A DNA stretch of 64,000 nt, from the NCBI GenBank assembly GCA_014360645.1, contig JACIXD010000001.1, positions 237,647-301,646 of the forward strand, read 5' to 3'. A model generated the notes under the pieces. It had not been told where the DNA came from. It saw only the letters and a program-made list of their open reading frames with translations, and did no database searches. The position numbers and the translations under genes were made by a program. Below are positions 19,436 through 32,811 of the stretch, one piece after another. The stretch comes from Actinomycetota bacterium (GTDB lineage: Bacteria; Actinomycetota; Geothermincolia; Geothermincolales; RBG-13-55-18). Within the stretch, counting starts at the first letter, position 1, and every line of letters begins with the position of its first letter.

Positions 19436-19687
19436 ATGCACACACAGGCAAGACGGGATGACGCCGAGCGCCATATCGCCGCCGGGGTCCATGCGCAGCG
19501 GGCAGAGCCCGCGTCGCCGTATCCGGCGCAGGTGGAGGTGTTGAGGGGCCTGCTGGAACCTCCCGAGGTGCGCGAGCATCTCGTCGCCTCCCTAAAGAGC
19601 GCCATCGACCACAACCGTTACCACATACCGGGGGAGCTGGTCGCCCAGAGCATGATGGAATGTATGGTTCCTTGCCTGCGAAACTGA
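19436..19687 (+). CDS. FlgM-family anti-sigma-28 factor-like protein
   Basis: 83 aa. The C-terminus (REHLVASLKSAIDHNRYHIPGELVAQSMME) matches the conserved FlgM C-terminal helix pattern (compare B. subtilis ...[26 protein letters not shown]). It follows comF as in Bacillus. Confidence 0.45.
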   Translation: MHTQARRDDAERHIAAGVHAQRAEPASPYPAQVEVLRGLLEPPEVREHLVASLKSAIDHNRYHIPGELVAQSMMECMVPCLRN

Positions 19688-19706
19688 TGGACGCTTACGA
19701 GCCGTA

Positions 19707-19736
19707 GCCCCCCGGCGCCTGCGCCGGGGGGCTTTC
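19707..19736 (+). terminator. intrinsic terminator after the flgM-like gene
   Basis: Perfect GC-rich inverted repeat gccccccggcgc / gcgccggggggc (12 bp) followed by TTTC. Confidence 0.45.
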
Positions 19737-20119
19737 GATCGCCGGGATGCTGGTCGCGAGTGCGGGCGGGCCATCCTGCGATGGACGCCGGGTGGCGGCG
19801 GCCGGAAGTACGGCGCCGGAGCGGAGACATCGAGCTCGGCGCGCAAGGCGGTTCTACGGGTCCACCATCCCCGGGCCATGGACCGCCCGCGGCGCCCGTC
19901 GGCGGCGAAGCCGGGATCCCACGAGGAGAGGGAGCCGTCCCCGCTGCGGAACCGCCCGCGGCGCACGCCGGGGACGGCCCTTAAGCCGCCCGGCCCGATC
20001 CCGCGGTAAGCGCTGCCGCCGCGGCGCACGCCGGGAGCGACCGCATGCGAGCCACGCTATATGTGAAGCCCATTTACCGTCCGCGGTCCCCGCCGGCAGC
20101 GGCCGCTTCCACCGTGGCG

Positions 20120-20125
20120 TATAAT
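20120..20125 (+). promoter_or_regulatory. TATAAT -10 hexamer in the noncoding gap upstream of hpf
   Basis: A perfect TATAAT (cgtataatgg) with no good -35. It would give a ~420-nt leader or ncRNA ahead of hpf. Confidence 0.25.
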
Positions 20126-20554
20126 GGAACCGGAAGGCTTCGGCCCGGGTCTGTGGTTGAAAGTCGATGCCAGCCGCAGGCGAAACGACCCACGTAAGCC
20201 AACTCTTGGTTGGTGAGCATGGTGCGGCTTAGGGGTAAGTCCTGCCCGGCACAAAGCCGGAGAAGCGTAGTAGTGGAGGGCCAGGGTTCTTTCCGGAGAA
20301 GAGCCCGCCCTCTGCGAGCCGTTCAGCAGGCGAGTGTGGGGGCAAAGACCAGGTCAGCCGGGTTCCGAGGCCTTCCTCGTGCCCGCATGCATGTTGGCAT
20401 CGGACCGATGGTATGCTAGGCTATTGCGAGTCGATGCACGGAAGCCGGGTCGCGGTCCGGGTGTGGACCGGCCCCATGAACAGGTCTCGATGATGGCCCA
20501 TACCGACACCAGCCTGGTATGGGTTTTTTCGCTGAGAGGAAGGGAGCGAGGAAC

Positions 20555-21094
20555 ATGCAGATGATCGTCAAGGGGAAGAACCTGGAGGTCACCGACGCCC
20601 TGCGCGCGTACGCGCAGGAGAAGGTGGGCAAGGTGGAGAAATACCTCGATCGCATCACCAAGACCGAGATCGAGATGAGCGTGGAGAAGAACCCCAAGAT
20701 CCCCGACAACCAGGTGGTGGAGGTCACCATCTTCTCCAGCGGCCCCGTGATCAGGGCAAAGGAGTCCGCCACCGACATGTACCAGGCCATCGACCTGGTG
20801 GCGGGCAAGCTCGAGCGCCAGGCGCGCAAGGTGAAGAAGAAGCTCATAGACCGCTCCCACCACGCGAAGAACCCCCTGAAGGAGATGGCGGTGGAAGAGG
20901 AGGAAGAGCCCGAGCCGGTGATCGTGAAGACCAAGAGCTTCCCGCTCAAGCCCATGACCCCCGAGGAGGCCTGCCTCCAGATGGACCTGGTGGGCCACGA
21001 TTTCTTCGTCTTCGTCAACGCCGAGACGGAGGAGACCAACGTGGTTTATCGAAGAAAGGATGGGAACTACGGCCTGATCGAGCCGGGAGGTTGA
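20555..21094 (+). CDS. hpf: ribosome hibernation promoting factor, long form
   Basis: MQMIVKGKNLEVTDALRAYAQEKVGKVEKYL is a classic HPF/RaiA N-terminus, and the long-form C-terminal domain is present. Preceded by a [16 protein letters not shown]. Confidence 0.85.
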   Translation: MQMIVKGKNLEVTDALRAYAQEKVGKVEKYLDRITKTEIEMSVEKNPKIPDNQVVEVTIFSSGPVIRAKESATDMYQAIDLVAGKLERQARKVKKKLIDRSHHAKNPLKEMAVEEEEEPEPVIVKTKSFPLKPMTPEEACLQMDLVGHDFFVFVNAETEETNVVYRRKDGNYGLIEPGG

Positions 21095-21196
21095 TATGCG
21101 CAAGCTCCTGGACATGGCGCGCCAGGTGCTGGATTACGTCATCAGGCGGGGCGCCACCATGCGCCCTTGAGAGACGGGACGGGTGAGGTCGCTCTC

Positions 21197-22807
21197 ATGG
21201 ACATAAGGGTCAAGGCGCTGGCGTCGGCTGGCCTATCGGGCTGCCTCGCGGTCATCCTCTACCTCGCCCTGGCGAGGGACATGCCCGTGTTCTGGTTCTC
21301 GGTGGTGCTGCTCGGAGCCCTCATGGTGGTGTGCGAGACCATGGGGGAGAAGATGTCCTCGGGAGGGCGTTCCACCTACGGCATCATGGTCATCTTCGCC
21401 GCGGTGGCCTCCCTGAACACGCCCTCGGCCATGATCGTCGCCCTGTGCGGGGCCTTTCACCTGCGCATGTTCGAGCGCAGGCAGGACCCCTGGGAGCTGG
21501 CGGCCACCGGCTCCATCTATTCCCTCTGCGCCTGGGCCTCCTCGGCCGTATATCATGCCCTGGGCGGCGCCTCGCGTGCCTTCACCCTCTCCGGAGCCAT
21601 GCGCTCCCTGCTCCCGCTCCTGGTGGCGGCGGGGGTCTTCTGGGCACTGAACGCCCTGGCGGTGGCGGCGGTGCTGCGCTGGCGCGACGGCGTCGAGCCC
21701 GCTCGCTTCCTGCTCAACGACGCTCTGCGGCTGCTCCCCAACCATCTCCTCTACGCCCTCGTGGGCCTGGGCATGGGGGTCATCTACGCCCAGAACGCCT
21801 TTCACGTCGCCCTGGACCTGGAGAACAGGCCTCTACTGGACGCGGCGGGAAACCAGGTCATCCTGGGCTCGGCGGCGGAGGCCCTGCGAGGCCTCTTCGC
21901 GCTCCTGGCCTTCACGGCCATCCTCGGGGTGGCCTGGTACTTCAGCGGCAAGAACATCGCGCTGCTGGAATCCTACGACCGCAGCATGGAGGCCCTGGTC
22001 ACCCACATGGAGAGGCGCGAGCCCTACCTGGACGGCCACGCGGTGCGGGTCGCGGAGCACGCGGCGCGCATCGCCTCTCACATGCGCCTGCCCGTCTATG
22101 AGGTGAACCGACTGCGCCACGCCGCCCTCCTCCACGACCTGGGGAGGCCGGTCATACCGCGCGGGATACTGCTGCAAAGGGCCCCGCTGAGCGGCGAGGA
22201 GTTCGAGCGCGTCAGGGCGCATCCCCTGGAGGGCGCCGCCAGGCTGGAGGAGGTCTCCTATCTCTCGGACATGGCCGAGGCGGTAAGGCACCACCACGAA
22301 TACTACGACGGCGGCGGCTACGTGGACGGCCTGAAGGGAGAGACCATACCCCTTTCCGCGCGCATACTGGCGGTGGCCGACGCCTACGACGCCATGGTCC
22401 ATCCCCGGCCCTGGAGGGATGCCAAGAGCCACGAGGCAGCCCTGGCCGAGCTGCGCGAGAACGCCGGGCGCCAGTTCGACCCCGAGATAGTGGAGCATTT
22501 CATCGCCTCCCTGCAGGCGGAGGAGGGCCGGGCAGTGAGAAGAGGTGAGGAGCAGGCGGCGGTCGCGGAGAAGGGAGGGGCGGCGGAGGCCGCTCCCGGG
22601 GAGCCCGCGGTCGTGCCCGGCCGGGAACGCTCGCGGAGGAGGGCCAGGCGGCGCGAGGAGATCCTGCGGGAGCGCAGGGAAGCCCGGGAGCGCCTGGAGC
22701 GGGAGGCCATGCTCCGGCTGCAGGAAGAGAGAGGCGAGGCGGCTCCGCGTGAAGGGGCCGCGGGCGAGGATGAGCCCGGAGACGCTCCGGGAGGTGAGGA
22801 GCGATGA
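21197..22807 (+). CDS. membrane-anchored HD-GYP domain protein (7TM + HD-GYP phosphohydrolase, probable c-di-GMP phosphodiesterase)
   Basis: N-terminal ~7 TM helices, then an HD domain (HAALLHDLG) and a GYP-like motif (HHHEYYDGGGYVDGLKGETIPLSARILAVADAYDAM). The C-terminal tail is charged, low-complexity and R/E-rich. Confidence 0.65.
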   Translation: MDIRVKALASAGLSGCLAVILYLALARDMPVFWFSVVLLGALMVVCETMGEKMSSGGRSTYGIMVIFAAVASLNTPSAMIVALCGAFHLRMFERRQDPWELAATGSIYSLCAWASSAVYHALGGASRAFTLSGAMRSLLPLLVAAGVFWALNALAVAAVLRWRDGVEPARFLLNDALRLLPNHLLYALVGLGMGVIYAQNAFHVALDLENRPLLDAAGNQVILGSAAEALRGLFALLAFTAILGVAWYFSGKNIALLESYDRSMEALVTHMERREPYLDGHAVRVAEHAARIASHMRLPVYEVNRLRHAALLHDLGRPVIPRGILLQRAPLSGEEFERVRAHPLEGAARLEEVSYLSDMAEAVRHHHEYYDGGGYVDGLKGETIPLSARILAVADAYDAMVHPRPWRDAKSHEAALAELRENAGRQFDPEIVEHFIASLQAEEGRAVRRGEEQAAVAEKGGAAEAAPGEPAVVPGRERSRRRARRREEILRERREARERLEREAMLRLQEERGEAAPREGAAGEDEPGDAPGGEER

Positions 22808-24165
22808 ACGAGAGGAGCCTTAAGGCCCTGCGCTTTCTCTCCGCCCTGCTCTTCCTGGCGGTGATCGTGGCGTGCGCTCCCTTCGTGAAGTGGGGGGACA
22901 TCGACCCGGCGCGGACCTTCGGGCTCGCCGCCGTGCTGGCCTTTTTCGAGGCCTGGAGGATCCAGTTCCCCTGGGGGAGGCCGCTGCGCCTGGGCATGGC
23001 GGCCATCCTGTGCATCATCGCCATAAGGCCGCTCCCGGAGGCGGTGTTCATATTCCTCCTGGGCAGCATGGTGGGGCGGGCCTTCTCCCGCCTGCAGCGC
23101 GAGGGAGAGGGCGACTTCCTGCACATCGTCCAGCGCACCTACATCGTGGCCTTTGCGGGGCTGGTCTATCGCCTGGTGGCCTTCGCGGGATGGGAGATGA
23201 GCTGGAATCCCTACCCCGCCTATTTCGGCAACTTGCCCGACGGCAGCATCTATCTCACCTATTTCAACCCCGTGGTACTTCACCGCGCCCTGGTCTTCCC
23301 CGCGGCCTTCCTGGCCATGGCGCTGGTCTTCTATCTCGGGGAGGTGATCACCTCCTCGGTGGAGGCGGGGATCCTGCTGGTGGGCAACTGGCGCGTGATC
23401 CTGCCCCAGCACATGCGCCAGACCTTCCCCGCCTACCTCGCCATCACCGGCGCGGGAGCGCTGACCGCCCTCTATTTTCCACGCCTGCCGTGGTTCAACT
23501 TCCTCGTCTTCCTGGTGCCGCTGCTCCTGGTGCGCATGGAGTCCAACCGCGACAAGGAGCTGGACGAGCGCTACTTCCAGACCATGCGCATCATCGGAGA
23601 CGCCTTCGACCTGGCGCGCGGCATGCCGGGGCATTCGGGGAGGGTCAGCAACCTGGCGGCGGAGGTGGCGCGGGAGATGGGCGTCTCCGCCGAGGAGACG
23701 CGCAACATCCGCTACGCCGCCGCCCTGCACGACATCGGGCGCGTAGAGTTCGAGGGCGACGAGGAGGCGCAAGGGCATGCCGAGAGGGGAGCCGAGGTGC
23801 TGGAGGAGGTGCCGCGGCTGCGCCCCATCGCCCACATCGTGCGTCATTCCCATCCCTCCCCAGAGGAGGAAGGCGGGGCGTCGAGGATACCGGTGGGCGC
23901 GAAGATCATCGGGGCGGTGAGCGATTTCGACGTCCTCACCTACCATCCCGAGCGCAAGATGTCGCAGCGGGAGGCCCTGGAGGAGATGGGGCTCGAGCGG
24001 GGCAAACGCTATGATTCCATGGTCCTCCGCACCCTCACCCAGGTCCTGGAGGCCCAGGCGAGGGCGCGCCGGCGCCCGGAGCGTGAGATCAGACAGCGGG
24101 CCAAGGTGCTGGAGGAGGAGGAGCTCAAGGAAAGCCTGGAGGAGATCTTCCGCGAGGAAGAGTAG
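22804..24165 (+). CDS. membrane-anchored HD domain protein, degenerate HD-GYP paralog
   Basis: Same architecture as the upstream gene, with a 4-bp overlap. The HD motif is retained (AALHDIGR) but the GYP motif is absent ([29 protein letters not shown]). Confidence 0.6.
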   Translation: MNERSLKALRFLSALLFLAVIVACAPFVKWGDIDPARTFGLAAVLAFFEAWRIQFPWGRPLRLGMAAILCIIAIRPLPEAVFIFLLGSMVGRAFSRLQREGEGDFLHIVQRTYIVAFAGLVYRLVAFAGWEMSWNPYPAYFGNLPDGSIYLTYFNPVVLHRALVFPAAFLAMALVFYLGEVITSSVEAGILLVGNWRVILPQHMRQTFPAYLAITGAGALTALYFPRLPWFNFLVFLVPLLLVRMESNRDKELDERYFQTMRIIGDAFDLARGMPGHSGRVSNLAAEVAREMGVSAEETRNIRYAAALHDIGRVEFEGDEEAQGHAERGAEVLEEVPRLRPIAHIVRHSHPSPEEEGGASRIPVGAKIIGAVSDFDVLTYHPERKMSQREALEEMGLERGKRYDSMVLRTLTQVLEAQARARRRPEREIRQRAKVLEEEELKESLEEIFREEE

Positions 24166-24620
24166 GAGGGCTCTTCGCCGGCCGGCGTTCCCCTGCCCGC
24201 GCCTCGGTCGTTACCCGCACCGTCTTTCCCGCGGGCGGCACCACCGCCCGGCGGGAAGAACCCCGAGAACTCCTCTCCCGTCAAAAGGGTCGCCTGCGCC
24301 GCGGGGAGGGCGGGAGGAAGGCGGAGTCGGTTCCCTGCGTCGCCGGCATCGCATCACCACCCCGCCGCGGAGGATGGGCGCGGCGCTCGCCGGGCGAGCG
24401 CCCGCAAGGTCCCGCATGTGGCTCGCGGCGGGAGAGGGCCGGGGGCACGATCCCGTGCCCCGTTTCCGGCGGCAGTAGGAGACGGTGCGCCGCGAGGGTG
24501 ACACGGCGTCCCGCGATGTTGAAAGGCACGCCGTATCCGTGGCATGGTAAGGATGCGGTGAAAGATGGTTCTCGCGCGCGGTCGAGGCGCGGCGGAGGAG
24601 TGAGGACAAAGGAGCGAGCG

Positions 24621-27239
<2,619 letters not shown>

Positions 27240-27306
27240 CGGCCGGCGGCTGACGAAAGGGAGGACGGAGGACCGGGGGACCCGGGGATAGGACAAGGAG
27301 GGCCAG

Positions 27307-28408
27307 TTGCTGAGCGACTACCGAGGAGAGCTCGTGGAGATAGCCGCAAGGCTGGAGAAGATTAAGGAGTATCTTTGACATAGAGGGCAAGCGGGCGCGG
27401 GCGGCGGAGCTGGAGACGCAGGCCTCCCGTCCCGACCTCTGGGAAGACCAGGAGAACGCCAGGAGCATCCTGGCGGAGCTCGCGTCCTGCAGGGACACCG
27501 TGGAGAACTGGGAGAGGCTGGATTCCCAGCAGCGGGAGCTGGCGGAGCTCGTGGAGCTGGCCCAGGAGGAGGAGGACCTCAGCCTTCTGGAGGAGATCGC
27601 GGCGGGGGTGGGAGGTCTGCGGCGCGAGGTGGACCGCCTGGAGGAGAAGAGCCTGCTCTCGGGGGAGTTCGACGCCAGGGACGCCATCGCCAGCATCCAC
27701 CCGGGTGCCGGGGGTCTGGAGTCCCAGGACTGGGCGGAGATGTTGCTGCGCATGTACCTGCGCTGGGCGGAGTCGCGCGGCTTCAAGGTGGATCTCAACG
27801 ATGTGCAGGAGGGAGAGGGCGGGGGCATAAAGAGCGCCACCTTCACCGTGCACGGGCCGTACGCCTACGGCCTGCTCCTCCCCGAAAAGGGCGTGCACCG
27901 CCTGGTGCGCATCTCCCCCTTCGACGCCTCCAGCCGCCGTCACACCTCCTTCGCCTCCCTGGACGTCATCCCCATGCTGGAGGACGAGGGAGAGATCGAG
28001 ATCGACCCCAGGGACCTGCGCATCGATACCTACCGCTCCAGCGGCGCGGGGGGGCAGCACGTGAACGTCACCGATTCCGCGGTGCGCATAACCCATCTAC
28101 CCACCGGCATCGTGGTCTCCTGCCAGAACGAGCGCTCCCAGATCTCCAACCGCCAGACGGCCATGCGCATCCTGCGGGCGAGACTGGCGGACCTGGCCCG
28201 CAGGGAGAGGGAGAGGGAGATGGCCAAACTCAGGGGCGAGAAGATGGAGATAGGCTTCGGGAGCCAGATCCGCTCTTACGTGCTCCATCCCTACCGCATG
28301 GCCAAGGACCACCGCACCGGGCTGGAGGTGGGCAACGTGGACGCGGTGCTCGACGGCGACCTGGACGAGTTCATCGACGCCTACCTGCGCCTGAAGGCCT
28401 CCTCGTAA
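27307..28408 (+). CDS. prfB: peptide chain release factor 2, requiring a programmed +1 frameshift at CTT TGA C (27373-27379)
   Basis: The frame-0 ORF starts at a TTG (27307) after AAGGAGGG and reads MLSDYRGELVEIAARLEKIKEYL before a TGA. The +1 frame continues DIEGKRARAAELE... to the RF2 body, with SPF (RISPFDASSRRHTSF) and GGQ motifs. Confidence 0.85.
27364..27379 (+). other. prfB programmed +1 ribosomal frameshift site (internal SD-like AAGGAG, then TAT CTT TGA C)
   Basis: aaggag tat ctt tga c matches the canonical RF2 autoregulatory frameshift cassette (SD-like element 3 nt upstream, CUU slippery codon, UGA-C). Confidence 0.8.
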
Positions 28409-28550
28409 GGGGGCCGGGTCATCCCTCTCGAGGTCACGTCGCATTCATGCATGTATTGGTAATAACTGGTTGACGCTCAAGATTCGAGACCGGGACCCAT
28501 TCAAGGTATAATACCGCGGGAGAGAGGCCGGCCGGAGGAAAGGAAGATAA

Positions 28551-29300
28551 GTGGCCGCGGCGAGAGAATATGAGATAAGGGTCGATCCCCACGTGCACTC
28601 CATATCCAGCGGCCATGCCTACTCCACCATCGAGGAGTGCGCCCGTGCGGCGGCGGAGAAGTGCTTGGAGGCCTTCGCCGTGGCCGACCACGGACCCGCC
28701 ATCCCGGGCTCCGGCAACCTGTACCATTTCTGGAACCTCAAGGTCGTCCCCAGGCGCTGGCACGGCGTGCTGGTGCTGCGCTCGGTGGAGGCGAATATCC
28801 TGGACGTGGAGGGAAACCTGGACCTGCCCGACAAGGTGCTGGCGAGCCTGGACCTGGTGCAGGCGGGGCTGCACCCCTACACCGGGTACCGGGGAGAGGG
28901 GGTGGAGGACAACACCGCCGCCTTGCTGGCGGCCATCGCCCATCCCCTGGTGGACGTGATCGTGCATCCCGACAACCCCAACTACCCCGTGGACATGGAG
29001 CGGGTGGTGGAGGCGGCGGCAAGGGCGGGAAAAGCCCTGGAGGTGAACAACAGCTCCTTCGTCTATACCCGGGAGGGCAGCGGGGACAACTGCCGCCTCC
29101 TGGCGCGGCTGGCCGCGGAACGCGGGTGTTACCTCTCCGTGGGGAGCGACGCCCACGTGGCCACCTTTGCAGGAGAATTCTCGCACGCGGTCGAAATATT
29201 GCGGGAAGCAGACGTGGATCCGCGCAGCGTGGTAAACTGCTCCCTCGAGAGCCTGAAGGGGTTCCTGTCCGTACGGGGAAAGAGCCTCGTCCTGGATTGA
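28551..29300 (+). CDS. PHP domain phosphoesterase (YcdX/histidinol-phosphatase-like)
   Basis: 249 aa with a GTG start. His-rich PHP motifs ([33 protein letters not shown]). Confidence 0.65.
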   Translation: MAAAREYEIRVDPHVHSISSGHAYSTIEECARAAAEKCLEAFAVADHGPAIPGSGNLYHFWNLKVVPRRWHGVLVLRSVEANILDVEGNLDLPDKVLASLDLVQAGLHPYTGYRGEGVEDNTAALLAAIAHPLVDVIVHPDNPNYPVDMERVVEAAARAGKALEVNNSSFVYTREGSGDNCRLLARLAAERGCYLSVGSDAHVATFAGEFSHAVEILREADVDPRSVVNCSLESLKGFLSVRGKSLVLD

Positions 29301-29331
29301 GGGAGAGGAGGAGGGGGAGGAAGGAAGGAGC

Positions 29332-30201
29332 ATGCTCATACCCATGCGCAGGCCGGAAGGAGCGGTGGCGAGGGAAGTGGAAGAGCAGGAGCTCAGGGAG
29401 TATCTGGAAAATATAGCCAGAGAGGTGCGGTGGGACATCGTGCGCATGATCGGACTGGCGGGAAGCGGGCACCCCGGCGGCTCCCTCTCCTGCGCGGACA
29501 TCCTGGTGTGCCTCTATTTCCACAAGATGAACCACGACCCCAGGCGTCCCGACTGGCGTCACCGCGACCGCTTCGTGCTCTCCAAGGGCCACGCCGCACC
29601 AGCCCTCTACGCGGTGCTGGCCCGCAGCGGATATTTCGACCGCGAGGAGCTCTGGAAACTGCGCCGCCTAGGCGCCATGCTCCAGGGCCACCCCGACCGC
29701 CTCAAGACCCCGGGGGTGGAGATCTCCACCGGGTCGCTGGGCCAGGGGCTCTCGGCGGCGGTGGGCATGGCCTTGGGCCTGCGCATGGAGGGAAACCCGG
29801 CCCGCGTCTACGCCCTCATCGGGGACGGCGAGAGCCAGGAGGGGGGCATATGGGAGGCGGCCATGCTGGCGGGCCACCAGCGCCTGCGCAACCTCACGGC
29901 CATCCTGGACCACAACGGCCTGCAGATCGACGGCCGGTGTTGCGAGGTGGTCGACCTGGGGGACATCGCCGCCAGATGGCAGGCCTTCGGATGGGAGGTC
30001 CTCGAGGTGGACGGCCACGACGTGTTGGAGATATGTGCCGCCCTGGACCGGGCGGAGGGGTTCGACCGCCCGGGCATGATCATCGCCCACACCGTGAAGG
30101 GAAAGGGCGTGTCCTTCATGGAGAACAACGTGGATTTCCACGGCAAGGCGCCCACCCCCGAGGAGATGGAGAAGGCCTTGAAGGAGATCGAGGGCTCTTG
30201 A
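29332..30201 (+). CDS. transketolase, N-terminal subunit (split transketolase)
   Basis: 289 aa with the TPP-binding motif [14 protein letters not shown] and [13 protein letters not shown]. Confidence 0.8.
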   Translation: MLIPMRRPEGAVAREVEEQELREYLENIAREVRWDIVRMIGLAGSGHPGGSLSCADILVCLYFHKMNHDPRRPDWRHRDRFVLSKGHAAPALYAVLARSGYFDREELWKLRRLGAMLQGHPDRLKTPGVEISTGSLGQGLSAAVGMALGLRMEGNPARVYALIGDGESQEGGIWEAAMLAGHQRLRNLTAILDHNGLQIDGRCCEVVDLGDIAARWQAFGWEVLEVDGHDVLEICAALDRAEGFDRPGMIIAHTVKGKGVSFMENNVDFHGKAPTPEEMEKALKEIEGS

Positions 30202-31190
30202 CGGCGCAGCAGGAGACCAGGAGCACCCGGGACGGATACGCCGCGGCCCTTCTGGAGCTGGGGGAGAAGGATGAGCGCATCGTGGTCCTCGACGCGGACC
30301 TCGCCAAGTCCACCCAGACCGAGAAGTTCAAGCAGCGCTTCCCCGAGCGTTTCGTGGACTGTGGGGTGGCGGAACAGAACCTCATGGCCACGGCGGCGGG
30401 CTTGGCGGCAACGGGAAAGATAGTCTTCGCCTCCACCTTCGCCGTCTTCGCCACCGGCCGCGCATATGACCAGGTGCGCAACTCCATCGCCTACTCCAAC
30501 CTGGACGTGAAGATCTGCGCCAGCCACGGCGGCATCACGGTGGGGGAGGATGGCTCCTCGCACCAGGCCCTGGAGGATATCACCCTCATGCGGGCCATCC
30601 CGCGTATGAGGGTGGTGGTGCCCGCGGATTACTACGAGACCCGCGAGGCGGTGAAGGCCGTGGCCTACATCGGAGGCCCGGTCTACGTGCGTCTGGGGCG
30701 CCCCAAGGTGCCGGTGATCTTCGGCGACGATTACCGCTTCGAGTTCGGGAAAGCGCGGCTCATGCGCGAGGGGAAGGACGTGACCGTGATCGCCTGTGGC
30801 TACATGCTCCACCAGGCCCTGGACGCCGCGGAGGTGCTGGCGCGGGAGGGGATCGAGGCCGAGGTGCTGAACTTGCACACCGTGAAGCCCTTGGACCGCG
30901 AGGGCATTCTGGACTCGGTCTCGCGCACCGGCAGGGTGGTGACCTGCGAGGAGCACACCGTCCTGGGAGGTGTGGGGGGTGCCGTCGCCGAACTCCTGGT
31001 GGAGGAGATGCCCGTGCCCGTGCGCATGATAGGCATCCGGGACAGCTTCGGCACCTCGGGGTCCGCCGAGGAGCTGGTGGAACATTTCGGCCTGGACGCC
31101 CGTCACATCGCCGAAGTGGTGCGGAGCTTCCTGGCGGGAAGGAAGGACGTGGCGCCGCGCGCTCGAACGAGGGGAGATGATGGAACGTGA
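30198..31190 (+). CDS. transketolase, C-terminal subunit (split transketolase)
   Basis: TTG start overlapping the upstream TGA (cTTGAc). Reads [22 protein letters not shown]..., with the pyrimidine-binding and C-terminal domains. The 586-aa ORF at 29430 in the ORF track is a frame-fusion artifact. Confidence 0.75.
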   Translation: MTAQQETRSTRDGYAAALLELGEKDERIVVLDADLAKSTQTEKFKQRFPERFVDCGVAEQNLMATAAGLAATGKIVFASTFAVFATGRAYDQVRNSIAYSNLDVKICASHGGITVGEDGSSHQALEDITLMRAIPRMRVVVPADYYETREAVKAVAYIGGPVYVRLGRPKVPVIFGDDYRFEFGKARLMREGKDVTVIACGYMLHQALDAAEVLAREGIEAEVLNLHTVKPLDREGILDSVSRTGRVVTCEEHTVLGGVGGAVAELLVEEMPVPVRMIGIRDSFGTSGSAEELVEHFGLDARHIAEVVRSFLAGRKDVAPRARTRGDDGT

Positions 31191-31870
31191 TCCGCATGCG
31201 GAGGGTCACCAAGATATACAAGGGCAACATCTACGCCCTGGAGGATATAACCCTGGACATCGAGAAGGGGGAGTTCGCCTTCCTGGTCGGGCCCTCGGGC
31301 TCGGGGAAGAGCACCTTCATCAAGCTGCTCATCAAGGAGGAGGAGCCCACCAGCGGGCAGATATACATCGCCGACACCAACATCGGCCAGCTGCGCAAGT
31401 GGAAGGTGCCTTACCTGCGGCGCAAGATCGGGTGCGTGTTCCAGGATTTCAAGCTCCTGCCACACAAGACCGTCTATCAGAACGTGGCCTACGCCATGGA
31501 GGTGACGGGAAAGTCGCGCCGGCTGGCGGAACAGCAGGTGCCGGAGGTGCTGAAACTGGTGGGCCTGGGGCACAAGCTGGACGCCTTCCCGGACGAGCTC
31601 TCCGGCGGCGAGCAGCAGCGCGTGGCCATCGCCCGCGCCTTCATCAACCGGCCCCCCATCCTGCTGGCCGACGAGCCCACGGGGAACGTGGACCCCTCCC
31701 TGGCGGAGGGCATCGTGCGCCTGCTGGAGAGGATAAACGAGGCGGGCACCACGGTGATCGTGGCCACCCACGACAAGACCATCGTCAACACCTTCAGAAA
31801 GCGGGTGATCGCGCTGGAGAACGGGCGCATCATCAGGGACCAGGACAGGGGCGTGTACGGCTATGAATAA
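31187..31870 (+). CDS. ftsE: cell division ATP-binding protein FtsE
   Basis: ABC ATPase with Walker A (GPSGSGKST), signature (LSGGEQQRVAIARA) and Walker B (LLADEPTGNVD) motifs. Confidence 0.85.
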   Translation: MIRMRRVTKIYKGNIYALEDITLDIEKGEFAFLVGPSGSGKSTFIKLLIKEEEPTSGQIYIADTNIGQLRKWKVPYLRRKIGCVFQDFKLLPHKTVYQNVAYAMEVTGKSRRLAEQQVPEVLKLVGLGHKLDAFPDELSGGEQQRVAIARAFINRPPILLADEPTGNVDPSLAEGIVRLLERINEAGTTVIVATHDKTIVNTFRKRVIALENGRIIRDQDRGVYGYE

Positions 31871-32762
31871 GATCGCCTACTTCGCCTCCGAGACCTGGGC
31901 CTCACTGAGCAAGAACCTCATCCTCGCCGTGGCCGCCATCGCCGTGGTGGCGGTCTCCCTGGGCATCCTGGGCATGGTGGTCATGGGCTGGAACATGTTC
32001 AGCAACATGATCAAGAACGCGGAGCGCAAAGTGGGCGAGGTGGACATCTACCTCTCCGACCTCACCACCGAGGAGGAGCGCGCCGCCATCGAGGCCTTCC
32101 TGGTGAGCATCCCGGAGGTCGATCCCACGAAGGTGGTGTACAAGACCAAGGACCAGGCCTTGGAGGAGTTCAAGGAGAGGTTCAAGGACCAGCCCGAGCT
32201 GTGGGAATACATCGACGAGAACCCCCTGCCCAATTCCTACGAGCTCATGACCAAGGACCCCAAGGACGTGGGGCTGGTGGTGGGGAGGATAAACAACGAG
32301 GCTCCCTTCCGCGACCGCATCGAGGACGTGAAGTCGGCGAGCTCAGCCATCGAGAAGCTGGAGAACATCTTCGACAAGTTCCGCCAGATCGGCATCGTAG
32401 GCGTCATCGCGCTCTCCGTCGTCGCCGTGCTCCTGGTCTCGGTGACCATCCAGGTGGCCATCTTCGCGCGGCGCAGGGAGATCGGGATCATGAAGCTGGT
32501 GGGGGCCACCAACTGGTTCATCCGCTGGCCTTTCGTGCTGGAGGGGGTCTCGGAAGGCCTGGTGGGCTCGGCGGTGGCCATCCTGGTCGCCCTGGCGGTG
32601 AAGGTGTGGATCCTGGACAAGCTCATCGAGAACCTGCAGTTCCTCCGCCTCTCCCTGTCTCCGGGCCTGCTGGCGGTACTCTTCCCGCTCATGGTCCTGG
32701 GCGGCGTGGTCATCGGGGCGCTGGGAAGCGCCTACGCTCTGGGGCGTTTCCTGGAGGTGTGA
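31863..32762 (+). CDS. ftsX: cell division permease FtsX
   Basis: 299 aa with 4 TM helices and a periplasmic loop. It overlaps the ftsE stop. Confidence 0.8.
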   Translation: MNKIAYFASETWASLSKNLILAVAAIAVVAVSLGILGMVVMGWNMFSNMIKNAERKVGEVDIYLSDLTTEEERAAIEAFLVSIPEVDPTKVVYKTKDQALEEFKERFKDQPELWEYIDENPLPNSYELMTKDPKDVGLVVGRINNEAPFRDRIEDVKSASSAIEKLENIFDKFRQIGIVGVIALSVVAVLLVSVTIQVAIFARRREIGIMKLVGATNWFIRWPFVLEGVSEGLVGSAVAILVALAVKVWILDKLIENLQFLRLSLSPGLLAVLFPLMVLGGVVIGALGSAYALGRFLEV

Positions 32763-32811
32763 TCGCGCGGCGGGGGCGGCGGGAGCTCGAGCGCAAAAGG
32801 AAAGGCCGGCG

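Noticed and set aside
20130-20520. RNase P RNA, SRP RNA or 6S RNA in the hpf upstream gap
   Set aside because: I looked for P4 (AGGAAAGUCCGGGC / ACAGAACCCGGCUUA), SRP domain IV and tmRNA-like ends and found no convincing matches. It is kept only as an unassigned possible structured region in the findings.
21096-21169. 24-codon ORF (MRKLLDMARQVLDYVIRRGATMRP) just after hpf
   Set aside because: It is very short with no RBS and is likely chance. It is not reported as a gene.
29430-31190. 586-aa ORF spanning both transketolase subunits
   Set aside because: The N-terminal 250 aa are out of frame with the real TktN and are composition-driven. The real C-subunit starts at the TTG at 30198.
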